A stretch of 64,000 bases of DNA, taken from assembly GCA_964516425.1 (NCBI GenBank), contig CAZFAM010000003.1, positions 11,215 through 75,214 on the forward strand. Direction: 5' to 3'. The translations under genes were made by a program, and so were the position numbers. The DNA comes from an uncultured Bacteroidales bacterium. Its GTDB lineage: Bacteria > Bacillota_I > Bacilli_A > ML615J-28 > CAG-698. The notes below the pieces were generated by a model. It was given only the letters and a program-made list of their open reading frames with translations. It was not told the origin of the DNA and did not search any database. Shown piece by piece: positions 48,766 to 57,767 of the stretch (position 1 is its first letter; each line of letters begins with the position of its first letter).

Positions 48766-50399
48766 TACATTTCCTCCTTAACTCCCACACCAATTAAATT
48801 CAAACTATCTTTTAACACTATTTTAACTGCATTTAATAAAGTAAGTTTTTCATTCATTTCCACTTCATTATCAGTTAAAATTTTTTCTTCATTATAATAT
48901 CCATGTAATGCTTGAGCTAAAGAATAAATATATTGACATATACGATGTGGAATTCTCTTTTCTGCAGCTTCTTTAACGATAGTAGGATATTGAAGTAAAG
49001 TCATAATAATTTTTTTACATTTGTTTAAATCAATTTCTTTAAATTCTTGTACTTCATGATATTCAGTCTTAACATTTCTAAAAATGCTACAAATTCTTGC
49101 ATATGCATATTGTGCATAATATACTGGATTATCATTAGATTGTCTAACTGCTAAATCTAAATCTAAATCCATATGTGTAGAAAGTGCCTTACTAACAAAT
49201 AAATATCTTAAAGCATCCGTACCAACTTCATCAATCAAATCACGCATCGTAATTGCCTTTCCACTTCTTTTACTCATTTTAACTTCTACTCCATCTTGAA
49301 TAACACGAACCATTTGTAATATTTCAACATCAATTAAATCCGGATTGCCACCCACATATGCAATCGCAGCTTTTAATCTACTAATATATCCATGATGATC
49401 AGCACCTAATACATCAATTAAAAAGTCATATCCACGACTCAATTTATTAGCATGATATGCAATATCTGGAGTAAAATAAGTTAATGTTTTATCGCTTTTA
49501 ACTAGCACACGATTTTTTTCATCTCCATATGGCTCTGTTTTCAACCATATTGCACCATCTTCTTCATATGTATATCCTTTATCAATTAAAAACTGTAAAG
49601 TTTTTTGAACTTGATTAGAATCATATAATGATTTTTCACTAAACCAAGTATCAAAATCAACGTTAAAATCATGTAAATCATGTTTTAAACCTTTTAACAA
49701 ATAATCAACGCCATAATTTCTAAAGAAATCTAAATCTGTATCATTCAAATGAGCATCTCCAGTTTCATCCTTAATCATATTAGCAATTGTTATAATTTCT
49801 TTACCATGATAATCATCTTCACCCAATTCTTCTTTACGACCAAACAATTCTTGATAACGAACATAAATACTATGAGCTAAATTTTTAATTTGATTTCCAG
49901 CATCATTTACATAATGTTCCTTAGAAACATTATATCCAGCTTTTTTCATAATTCTAGCTAATGAATCACCATATGCCGCTCCACGACAATGACCAATATG
50001 TAAATACCCTGTCGGATTAGCACTAACAAATTCTATATTCACATTTTTTCCATGTCCTAAATCGCAATCTCCAAAATTTTCTTTTTGATCATTAATTTGA
50101 AAAACAATATTACTTAAATATTTATTATCAATATAAAAATTAATAAATCCTGCTCCAGCAACTTCCACTTTTGATAAATGGTTCTTTTGAGTATTCAATT
50201 TTTCTATAATTTCTTTGGCTATCATAACAGGAGCTTTTCTTAATTGTTTAGCTAATTTCATTGCCAAATTTGTAGAATAATCACCAAAGCTTGTATCTTT
50301 AGGAATTTCAAATATTATTTCTACCGGTTCTGTAACCCCTAATTCTTCAATAATATTTTGCAAATCTAATTTCAAATCATTTAAAAACTTATTTATCAT
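48765..50399 (-). CDS. argS: arginine--tRNA ligase
   Basis: SANPTGYLHIGH (HIGH region), the class I catalytic core and the C-terminal DALR anticodon-binding domain. 544 aa. Confidence 0.97.
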   Translation of the reverse strand: MINKFLNDLKLDLQNIIEELGVTEPVEIIFEIPKDTSFGDYSTNLAMKLAKQLRKAPVMIAKEIIEKLNTQKNHLSKVEVAGAGFINFYIDNKYLSNIVFQINDQKENFGDCDLGHGKNVNIEFVSANPTGYLHIGHCRGAAYGDSLARIMKKAGYNVSKEHYVNDAGNQIKNLAHSIYVRYQELFGRKEELGEDDYHGKEIITIANMIKDETGDAHLNDTDLDFFRNYGVDYLLKGLKHDLHDFNVDFDTWFSEKSLYDSNQVQKTLQFLIDKGYTYEEDGAIWLKTEPYGDEKNRVLVKSDKTLTYFTPDIAYHANKLSRGYDFLIDVLGADHHGYISRLKAAIAYVGGNPDLIDVEILQMVRVIQDGVEVKMSKRSGKAITMRDLIDEVGTDALRYLFVSKALSTHMDLDLDLAVRQSNDNPVYYAQYAYARICSIFRNVKTEYHEVQEFKEIDLNKCKKIIMTLLQYPTIVKEAAEKRIPHRICQYIYSLAQALHGYYNEEKILTDNEVEMNEKLTLLNAVKIVLKDSLNLIGVGVKEEM

Positions 50400-50468
50400 T
50401 TTTGTTACTCCTCACTTTTAATATTATAATTATATCACAGTTTATGCTTTAAATAAAGTGTTTAAAAT

Positions 50469-50680
50469 AAAAAAAGACTCAAAATGAGTCTATTCACAAT
50501 TATAATCCCAGAAAGCCGTTAGTACTATCGTGAACCGTAGGTTCACAAAGGCGGGTTTCTCTATTGTATATAATTGGGATTCTTGTATAAATACAAGCAT
50601 TCACTCCATATATACCTCAAAATCCTAAAATAAAATGTTCGGTTCGCGTATTTGTACAAATGCGCACTTCCCAGGCTCTT
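50469..50680 (-). ncRNA. candidate structured small RNA of about 210 nt, class unknown
   Basis: It has its own promoter (TTGACA-17-TATACT) and its own terminator (AGACUC-AUUUU-GAGUCU plus U7). Several internal helices are present. No ORF of 60 aa or more. argS has a separate extended -10 promoter downstream of the terminator. Confidence 0.35.
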
Positions 50681-50682
50681 TA

Positions 50683-50711
50683 AGTATAAATCATGACAAA
50701 ATGTTTGTCAA
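50683..50711 (-). promoter_or_regulatory. near-consensus sigma-A promoter driving the candidate sRNA
   Basis: On the minus strand, TTGACA (50711-50706), exactly 17 nt, TATACT (50688-50683). It lies 13 nt downstream of the ATPase stop codon. Confidence 0.5.
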
Positions 50712-50723
50712 GTTGAAAATACT

Positions 50724-53120
50724 TTATTTAATTTTCATTTTTAATATACGCATTGAATTAAGAATAGCTATTAAACAAACACCAACATCCGCAAATTCTC
50801 CAACCAACATACCAATACCTGATTCACTTAACAAACCAGATAAACTTAATAACAATGCGGCAACCTTAACTGTTAATGCAATAATAATGTTTTGTTTAGT
50901 AATTCTTCTTGTCATTTTAGCAATTTTAATTACTTGATTAACTTTAGTTAAATCATCATTTGCTATAACAATATCTGCACATTCTTTTGCGGAATCACTA
51001 CCAACGCCGCCCATTGCAATACCAACATCCGCAAGTTTTAATGATGGCGTATCATTAATACCATCACCTACATATATTGTCTTACCATTAGAATTAGCTA
51101 TAATCATTTTTAACTCATCATATTTTTCTTTAGGTAACAATTGTGCTTTATACGATTTTACTCCTACTTCTTCAGCCACCATTTTAGCAACAGCTTTAGA
51201 ATCTCCTGTTAACATAACTGTTTCATAATTTTGATTAAGAGTACTTATTAGTTCTTTACTTGTTTCCTTGACTTCATCTCTTATGCAGACATTACCATAA
51301 TATTCACCATTAACACTCAAATATAAAATTGTGCCAACACTAGTAGACTTCGTATATTTAATTTTATACTTCTCCATTAATTTTCTATTACCAACTAATA
51401 TTGTTTTATTATTAGATATAACTTTTAATCCTAATCCTGATAATTCTTGAACATCATTATTTTCAACATTTACAATTGGTGATCCCTTAACAGCATCTTT
51501 AATAGATTGAGCGATTGGATGAGCAGAATATTGTTCAGCCATAGCTACATAATTTAAAACTTCTTCCTTTGTTTTTCCTTCAACTGGATTTACTTCTGAA
51601 ACTTTAAAATTCCCTTTTGTTATTGTTCCAGTTTTATCAAATACAAAAGTTTTAGCGGTTGCTAAATCATCTAAATATGTTCCACCTTTAACTAATATTC
51701 CCGATGATGAGCTTCTTCCAATTCCCGCAAAATAACTAAGTGGAATTGAAATTACTAATGCACAAGGACAACTAATAACTAAAATCAAAAAAACATTATT
51801 CATTATTTCCTTATAATCCATATGCATAAATGCTTGAACAATAGCAATAATTAAAGCAATAATTAAAACACAAGGTGTATAGTATCTTGCAAAAATTGTT
51901 ATAAATTTTTCTGTATTAGATTTTTGATTTGAAGCATCCTCAACTAACTTCATGACTTTAGAAATTGTAGAATCACCATCTTCTTTTGTCACTTCAATTT
52001 CTATAACTTTGCTCAAGTTAATAGATCCAGATAGTATTTCTTCGCCTTCATTTATATATACAGGATTTGATTCGCCTGTTAAAGCTTTCATATCTATATC
52101 TGTTGAACCATTTTTGACAACACCATCAAGAGGAATTCTTTCGCCAACTTTAACAGCAATAATATCACCCACATGAACTTCTTTAACATTTTTAACATTT
52201 CCATCAGCCAAAGTAACAGTATCGACTTTTAACTCCATCAAACTTTGAATTGATTGTTTTGATTTTTCTACTGCTCTATTTTGTAAATATTCACCAATTC
52301 TATATAGCAAAATAACCATTATACTTTCAACGGGTTCATCAATTATTAAAGCACCCAAACTAGCAATTACCATTAATAAATTTTCATTGAAAAAATCTTT
52401 ATTAACAATACCATGTATTGATTCCCATACAATCTCATATCCTAATAATAAATAACTAGCAATAAATGTTATTCTTATAGGCGTAGTGAAAACATCGTTC
52501 ACAATTTCATTTTCAAGTAACACATGAAAAACTAATGCCAAAACAAATAAAATGATACCAATAATAAATAACACTTTTCGGAATAATTTATTATGTTTAT
52601 GTTCTTTAATATGATGATGATCATGATCACAGCAACAATCAACACTATGATTATGGTGTTCATGATTATTTTTAAATACTGTAGCATCATTTTCAACTCT
52701 TCTTACAATTTTTGAAACAACATCATATATTTCCACGTTATTTAAATGCTTAATAATAATTTTTTTATTCATAAAATTAACTTGAGCTTCAATAATGTCG
52801 TTATCTTTGTTTAATTCTCTTTCCACTTTAGCAGCACAATTTGGACAATCAATATCTTCAAAAGCAAATTCTTCTGTAACAATATGATGTAAATGTTCAT
52901 AACTATGCTTTTCGCAATGGTCATTTTCTAAAATATACTTAATTACTTCTTTTACTTGTTCTTCAGATAAGTTTTTATTTCCAACTATTGTTATATTTTT
53001 TTTATCATAATCAATATGAACTTCATTAATATAATCTAATTTTTCTAAATCCTCAACAACATGCATTGCACAATTTGGACAATGTAATTCTTCAACATGG
53101 TAAGTTTTTTTGTAAATCAT
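50724..53120 (-). CDS. heavy-metal translocating P1B-type ATPase (Cd/Zn/Co-type likely)
   Basis: Two N-terminal HMA domains carrying CPNC. His/Cys-rich linker HEHHNHSVDCCCDHDHHHIKEHKH. CPC in TM6, DKTGTIT phosphorylation site, GDGINDTP. Confidence 0.92.
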   Translation of the reverse strand: MIYKKTYHVEELHCPNCAMHVVEDLEKLDYINEVHIDYDKKNITIVGNKNLSEEQVKEVIKYILENDHCEKHSYEHLHHIVTEEFAFEDIDCPNCAAKVERELNKDNDIIEAQVNFMNKKIIIKHLNNVEIYDVVSKIVRRVENDATVFKNNHEHHNHSVDCCCDHDHHHIKEHKHNKLFRKVLFIIGIILFVLALVFHVLLENEIVNDVFTTPIRITFIASYLLLGYEIVWESIHGIVNKDFFNENLLMVIASLGALIIDEPVESIMVILLYRIGEYLQNRAVEKSKQSIQSLMELKVDTVTLADGNVKNVKEVHVGDIIAVKVGERIPLDGVVKNGSTDIDMKALTGESNPVYINEGEEILSGSINLSKVIEIEVTKEDGDSTISKVMKLVEDASNQKSNTEKFITIFARYYTPCVLIIALIIAIVQAFMHMDYKEIMNNVFLILVISCPCALVISIPLSYFAGIGRSSSSGILVKGGTYLDDLATAKTFVFDKTGTITKGNFKVSEVNPVEGKTKEEVLNYVAMAEQYSAHPIAQSIKDAVKGSPIVNVENNDVQELSGLGLKVISNNKTILVGNRKLMEKYKIKYTKSTSVGTILYLSVNGEYYGNVCIRDEVKETSKELISTLNQNYETVMLTGDSKAVAKMVAEEVGVKSYKAQLLPKEKYDELKMIIANSNGKTIYVGDGINDTPSLKLADVGIAMGGVGSDSAKECADIVIANDDLTKVNQVIKIAKMTRRITKQNIIIALTVKVAALLLSLSGLLSESGIGMLVGEFADVGVCLIAILNSMRILKMKIK

Positions 53121-53123
53121 TTT

Positions 53124-53417
53124 TTATTCCTCGATATGTTCAATTGTTTTATTAATGATTTGTCTTACATGCTCATCATCAATAGAATAATAAACATTTT
53201 GCCCCTTTCTATAATATTTTACTAAATGTGATTGTCTTAACATTTTTAATTGGTATGAAACAGCAGTTTGACTCATTCCGATGGCTGCTTCTATTTCACT
53301 AACACACATTTCACCTTCACTTAATAAATAAACAATCTTTAAACGCGTGTAGTCAGATAGAACTTTATAAAATTCTGAAACTTCTAACAGCAGTTTTTCA
53401 TCATACGTTTTGTTCAT
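53124..53417 (-). CDS. ArsR/SmtB family metalloregulator
   Basis: Winged HTH (LSDYTRLKIVYLL..EMCVSEIEAAIGMSQTAVSYQLKMLR). C-terminal D-x-H-x10-H-x2-E resembles the alpha5 Zn/Co site. Confidence 0.88.
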   Translation of the reverse strand: MNKTYDEKLLLEVSEFYKVLSDYTRLKIVYLLSEGEMCVSEIEAAIGMSQTAVSYQLKMLRQSHLVKYYRKGQNVYYSIDDEHVRQIINKTIEHIEE

Positions 53418-53428
53418 AAAGCCTCCTG

Positions 53429-53448
53429 ATATGCTTATATAAGCATAT
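53429..53448. promoter_or_regulatory. perfect 20-bp palindrome, likely the ArsR-family operator
   Basis: ATATGCTTATATAAGCATAT is its own reverse complement. It lies between the predicted -10 element (53457-53462) and the GGAGG RBS of the regulator gene. Confidence 0.5.
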
Positions 53449-53456
53449 ACACATAT

Positions 53457-53485
53457 ATTATATGCTCATCAATACATAAATGCAA
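53457..53485 (-). promoter_or_regulatory. sigma-A promoter of the ArsR-ATPase operon
   Basis: On the minus strand, TTGCAT (53485-53480), 17 nt, TATAAT (53462-53457). Confidence 0.5.
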
Positions 53486-53506
53486 TATATATATTGATGA
53501 AAATGA

Positions 53507-54751
53507 TTACACAAATTGTTTAAAATCACATTCTAATTTTATTAAAACAAAAATATTTAATAATCCTAGAAATACTAACCCTAAATCTACTAAATTCCAA
53601 ATATTTTCATTGGAAAAAAATGTTCCAATAATTAATCCAAGTATAAATAATAATCGATATATATTTTTATATATTTTTTTATTTTTAGGTTTTAACATTC
53701 CATTAAATAACATATTAGTTTCGTCAGAATAATAAGAACTGACAATGGTTGCTAAAGAAAAAGAAAACAAAAAGAAGGCACCTATAATTTTTCCAATTCC
53801 CCCAAATATTTCTTCAAAAATTAAAATAGCTACTTTTGATTCATCTAAACTATTTAAATCAACTTGATATTGGATAATAACAAATCCTAATAAAACACAC
53901 ATTACTATGGTATCAATAAAACATGTTAATACTTGGAGATATCCTTGACTAAGAGGTTTATCTGTATCACTCATAGCATTAATTGAAGGAGCTGTACCTA
54001 GTCCTGCTTCATTTGAAAATAAGCTCTTTTTAATCCCCACAATTATTACAGTAGTTAATGATGACCTAATTGCTAATGCATCACGTAAAATAATTTTACA
54101 AGTAGGTATAATTAATGAAGCTTTATTAATTAAAGCATATATACAAATTCCTAAAAAGCTAAAAGTCATTATAGGAACCAATCGTTTAACAAATTTAGTT
54201 ATAGATGGGGTACCTTGAAAAATTATTACTATAGAAAAGATAATCAAAAATAATAATATATAAATCTTATTAATATTAAAAGTATAAGTAATAGCATCTT
54301 CTACTCCTTTTACTTGAATTGGTAAGAAAAAAATTGTGCTACTTAATACTAAAAAATAACTAAATAATTTTGCTAAAGGGAGTTTTTTTAAGCCAAATAA
54401 AATATAATAAGGGCTACCTCCTCTACTTTCATTATCTATTTTAACTCGATATTTTAAGGCAATAGTATTTTCAATTAGTGAAAATATTGTTGTAAAAATA
54501 GTAGTTATTATCATCCAAAATAAAGATCCTGGACCACCAATTATAATAGCCGCTGTTACACCCAATATATTTCCTGCACCAATATGCGATCCTAAACTGA
54601 CTAAAAATGCCATTTTAGAACTTTTATTTTTTAATGCTTCACGGCTACCTTTAAAAAAATGTAAATGAATAAATTCATATTTAAAACTATAAAAAACAGA
54701 AAGTAAAAAAATGAATATAATAATGAGATTTAATAGCATAAAACACCTCAT
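53507..54751 (-). CDS. alanine/glycine:cation symporter (AGCS) family transporter
   Basis: SLFSNEAGLGTAP hallmark and GAGNILGV. The alternative start at ATG 54739 (MLLNLII) has a GAGGTG RBS. Confidence 0.85.
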   Translation of the reverse strand: MRCFMLLNLIIIFIFLLSVFYSFKYEFIHLHFFKGSREALKNKSSKMAFLVSLGSHIGAGNILGVTAAIIIGGPGSLFWMIITTIFTTIFSLIENTIALKYRVKIDNESRGGSPYYILFGLKKLPLAKLFSYFLVLSSTIFFLPIQVKGVEDAITYTFNINKIYILLFLIIFSIVIIFQGTPSITKFVKRLVPIMTFSFLGICIYALINKASLIIPTCKIILRDALAIRSSLTTVIIVGIKKSLFSNEAGLGTAPSINAMSDTDKPLSQGYLQVLTCFIDTIVMCVLLGFVIIQYQVDLNSLDESKVAILIFEEIFGGIGKIIGAFFLFSFSLATIVSSYYSDETNMLFNGMLKPKNKKIYKNIYRLLFILGLIIGTFFSNENIWNLVDLGLVFLGLLNIFVLIKLECDFKQFV

Positions 54752-54780
54752 TAATTATATTCATATTCTAAGAAATTTAT

Positions 54781-56157
54781 TTAATTCATTGAAAAAATTT
54801 TTTGTTTCATAACATTTTTTAAAATCAATAATGAAACAACAAATGTTAAAAATTCCGCAATTGGAAATGTCCACCATACAACATCAATAACATTAGATAG
54901 TAAACAAAAGATAAATGCTAGTGGTAAAACAAATAGTATTAATCTTAAAAAGGCAGTTAAAAGTGGCTTAAAAGCATACCTTAATGCCTGCAATATTCCC
55001 TGAACTGCGACATTAAATCCCATAAATAAATATCCTAAAGAAGCTATTCTAATTGCTTTTTCGCATACATCGATTAATTCTTTTGATGAATCGTTAGTCA
55101 ATGCAAATAATTGCGATAAAGGTCGAGCTAAAATTTCAAATAAAATTATAATAATAAATGTCACAATCAATGTATCTATAATCCCATACTTTATTGTTTC
55201 TAATGATCTATTTTTATTACCCATACCATAATTAAAAGATAGTATTGTAATTATGGTATTTGATAAACCAAAGCATGAAAATAAAGCAATTTGTTGGACC
55301 TTATAATATATTCCAAATGCACCAACTAAAATTGTCGGATCAGCATTAGCAGATCCTAAAATTATATTCATACCAGCCATCATTAAAGATAATAAGCCTT
55401 GCATTATAGCAGCAGATATTCCAATAGAATATATTCCCTTAATAATATTTAAATTTGGTTTTATATAGTTAATGTTTTTATCAATTTCTGTATTATATAA
55501 ATAATGAAAAAACATTGCTATAAACATTGATACAAATTGACCTAGAATCGTTGCCCACGCCGCACCAGCAACTCCCATTTTCAACGGGAATATAAAAATA
55601 TAATCAAAAACAATATTAATTACAGCCCCAGATATTTGTGCAATTGTAGAAAATAATGTTTTACCGGTTGCCTGTAAAAAACGTTCATATACAGTAAAGC
55701 CAATTGAACCAAGCGATAAAGATGAACATATTTTCAAATATTCTGATCCCATTTCCACAACATCTTCATTATTAGTAAATAAAGAAATAAAATTTTTTGA
55801 TCCAAATAATCCAAATAGTAAAAATACTACATAAATAACAACAGCCAAAAATATTCCATTTCCCACAATCAAATTGACTTTTTCATTATCACCTTCACCT
55901 AAACTTTTAGATAATAAAGCATTCAAGCCAACACCAGTACCAACACCAATTGCTATTATTAAAATTTGTATCGGAAAAGCATATGTTAATGCTTCATTTG
56001 CATAAGCACCTATTCCTTCAATATTGGCAACAAAAATACTATCAACAACGTTATATAGTGCTTGCAAAATCATTGAAATTATCATTGGCAACCCCATTTT
56101 CCAAAATAAACTTTTAATTGGTTCTGTTTTCATCTTATTATCTTGCAAATTATTCAT
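54781..56157 (-). CDS. MATE family efflux transporter
   Basis: Start at MNNLQDNK (GGAGG 7 nt upstream). PIKSLFWKMGLPMIISM and 12 TM helices. The longer track ORF starts at a GTG inside the upstream terminator hairpin. Confidence 0.88.
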   Translation of the reverse strand: MNNLQDNKMKTEPIKSLFWKMGLPMIISMILQALYNVVDSIFVANIEGIGAYANEALTYAFPIQILIIAIGVGTGVGLNALLSKSLGEGDNEKVNLIVGNGIFLAVVIYVVFLLFGLFGSKNFISLFTNNEDVVEMGSEYLKICSSLSLGSIGFTVYERFLQATGKTLFSTIAQISGAVINIVFDYIFIFPLKMGVAGAAWATILGQFVSMFIAMFFHYLYNTEIDKNINYIKPNLNIIKGIYSIGISAAIMQGLLSLMMAGMNIILGSANADPTILVGAFGIYYKVQQIALFSCFGLSNTIITILSFNYGMGNKNRSLETIKYGIIDTLIVTFIIIILFEILARPLSQLFALTNDSSKELIDVCEKAIRIASLGYLFMGFNVAVQGILQALRYAFKPLLTAFLRLILFVLPLAFIFCLLSNVIDVVWWTFPIAEFLTFVVSLLILKNVMKQKIFSMN

Positions 56158-56171
56158 AATGATTCCTCCAT

Positions 56172-56212
56172 TAAAAAAAGTGTGTAAAATCACACAATTG
56201 GTTTTACACACT
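56172..56212 (-). terminator. strong intrinsic terminator after the GLUG lipoprotein gene, abutting the MATE RBS
   Basis: Perfect 11-bp stem AGUGUGUAAAA/UUUUACACACU with a 12-nt loop and a U7 run. The GGAGG of the MATE gene begins 3 nt after the U-run. Confidence 0.75.
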
Positions 56213-56271
56213 TCTGCTACTCATTGTAAAAATATTATAACAAAATTATAATTTTTTTTCAAATGATTTTT

Positions 56272-57657
56272 TTAATTTTTTATCATAGAATCTAATTCAT
56301 TATATGTTTTTCCGATGGCATTTAAACTATTAAATACTTTATCGCTCATTTTATCTTCTGCATAATAATTATTACTTGCGTTAATAATACTATCATTTCC
56401 ATATTTACTTACTAATACATCCGCATATTTATTTGTTTCTAGTGTTCCAATAGATACTGTTCCAAATACATAACAATTTTTTATTGTTACATTTGCAAAA
56501 CGTCCACCCATTATTCCACCGCAAATACTACCTTCAGGATCAGTGATGGTACCTTTAACAATACAATCTTCAATTGTAGTATTATTTTTTGTTGCACATC
56601 CAATAATACCTCCACTAGTATACCCTGATACAGTAATGTCTGATGTACAATCTTTAATATTTAATTGTTCTGCACTTGAAAAACCAACAATACCACCATA
56701 GTTATTAGTATTTTTAAACTCTAAATCACTACCAAAAATAACACTATTTTCTTCACCTTCAATTTTCAAATTCAAAACATTAATGTTTGCACCACTAATA
56801 TTCCCAATTATACCACCAACTTTATATTCAGCACGAATATTAATATTTCCATATACTTTAATATTTTCAATCGTACTTTCATTACTAACCCAGCCAACTA
56901 AAGCACCAGTTCCTTGCATGGCTCTTATGCCATTATTCATCATCCCATTTTGCATTGTAACATTATAAATTGATAAATTCTTTAGGTTTGCATTTGCAAT
57001 TTTCCCAAATAATCCACAGTTATAATATGAATTCTCCATAGAAATATGTTCTCCAGTTGCACTATGTTCCGCAACAATCTTTACATTTTTTACAATATGA
57101 TTATTCCCATCAAATGTTCCACTAAATACTATATTTTCACCATTAGAAACACCTTTCCCCGTTGTTCCAATTGGAATCCACTCATTATTATTTAAATTGA
57201 TATCTTGCTTTAATGTTATAGTTTTACCTTGAAAACTATTTCCTTTATTTACTAATTCGCTTAAACCCGCAAATTCACTTGCATCGTTAATTTCAAAATT
57301 TTCCATATTTTCTTTATACCATGAAGTATTCACTGTTCCATCCCATGGTTTAACAACAACGCTATATTTCCAAGTTAATTCCTTATTACTATATTTGATT
57401 GTCATAGTGTGTTCTCCCAATGTTTCAAGATCAAAATTTGACACCATTACACCAATAGCATTGCCATTTAATGTTTCACTTTTCTTTTTTCTTTCAATTT
57501 TAATTTCAATATTTTTTAAAGCTTCTTCTTTAGATGTTCCTTGAACATATTCTGTTAAAGGTTCTTGGGTAAAAGAAATATTTAGAACTTCATTCTTGTT
57601 ACATCCAGTCAAGAATAGAGCTAATAATAAAAGTATTATTATTTTTTTCATTTTCAT
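56272..57657 (-). CDS. lipoprotein with an N-terminal Ig-like domain and six GLUG-type (beta-helix) repeats
   Basis: Lipobox LFLTGC. Repeated G-G-I/L-V/I-G ... N-I/L segments (CGLFGKI, GALVGWV, GGIIGNI, GGIVGFS, GGIIGCA, GGIMGGR). Confidence 0.65.
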   Translation of the reverse strand: MKMKKIIILLLLALFLTGCNKNEVLNISFTQEPLTEYVQGTSKEEALKNIEIKIERKKKSETLNGNAIGVMVSNFDLETLGEHTMTIKYSNKELTWKYSVVVKPWDGTVNTSWYKENMENFEINDASEFAGLSELVNKGNSFQGKTITLKQDINLNNNEWIPIGTTGKGVSNGENIVFSGTFDGNNHIVKNVKIVAEHSATGEHISMENSYYNCGLFGKIANANLKNLSIYNVTMQNGMMNNGIRAMQGTGALVGWVSNESTIENIKVYGNINIRAEYKVGGIIGNISGANINVLNLKIEGEENSVIFGSDLEFKNTNNYGGIVGFSSAEQLNIKDCTSDITVSGYTSGGIIGCATKNNTTIEDCIVKGTITDPEGSICGGIMGGRFANVTIKNCYVFGTVSIGTLETNKYADVLVSKYGNDSIINASNNYYAEDKMSDKVFNSLNAIGKTYNELDSMIKN

Positions 57658-57767
57658 TATTTATAATCTCCTTTATATTTATTATTGACAATAAATTAAC
57701 TTTTATAAATAAATAATCATTTGATTAAAGTTTTTTTTGTGATATACTATTAATAAGGAAGAACAAG

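Noticed and set aside
50646-50665. Near-palindrome GCGTATTTGTACAAATGCGC as a CopY/CsoR-type metal operator.
   Set aside because: It lies downstream of the ATPase gene rather than upstream, and it does not match the TACAnnTGTA cop box. It is treated as a helix of the candidate sRNA instead.
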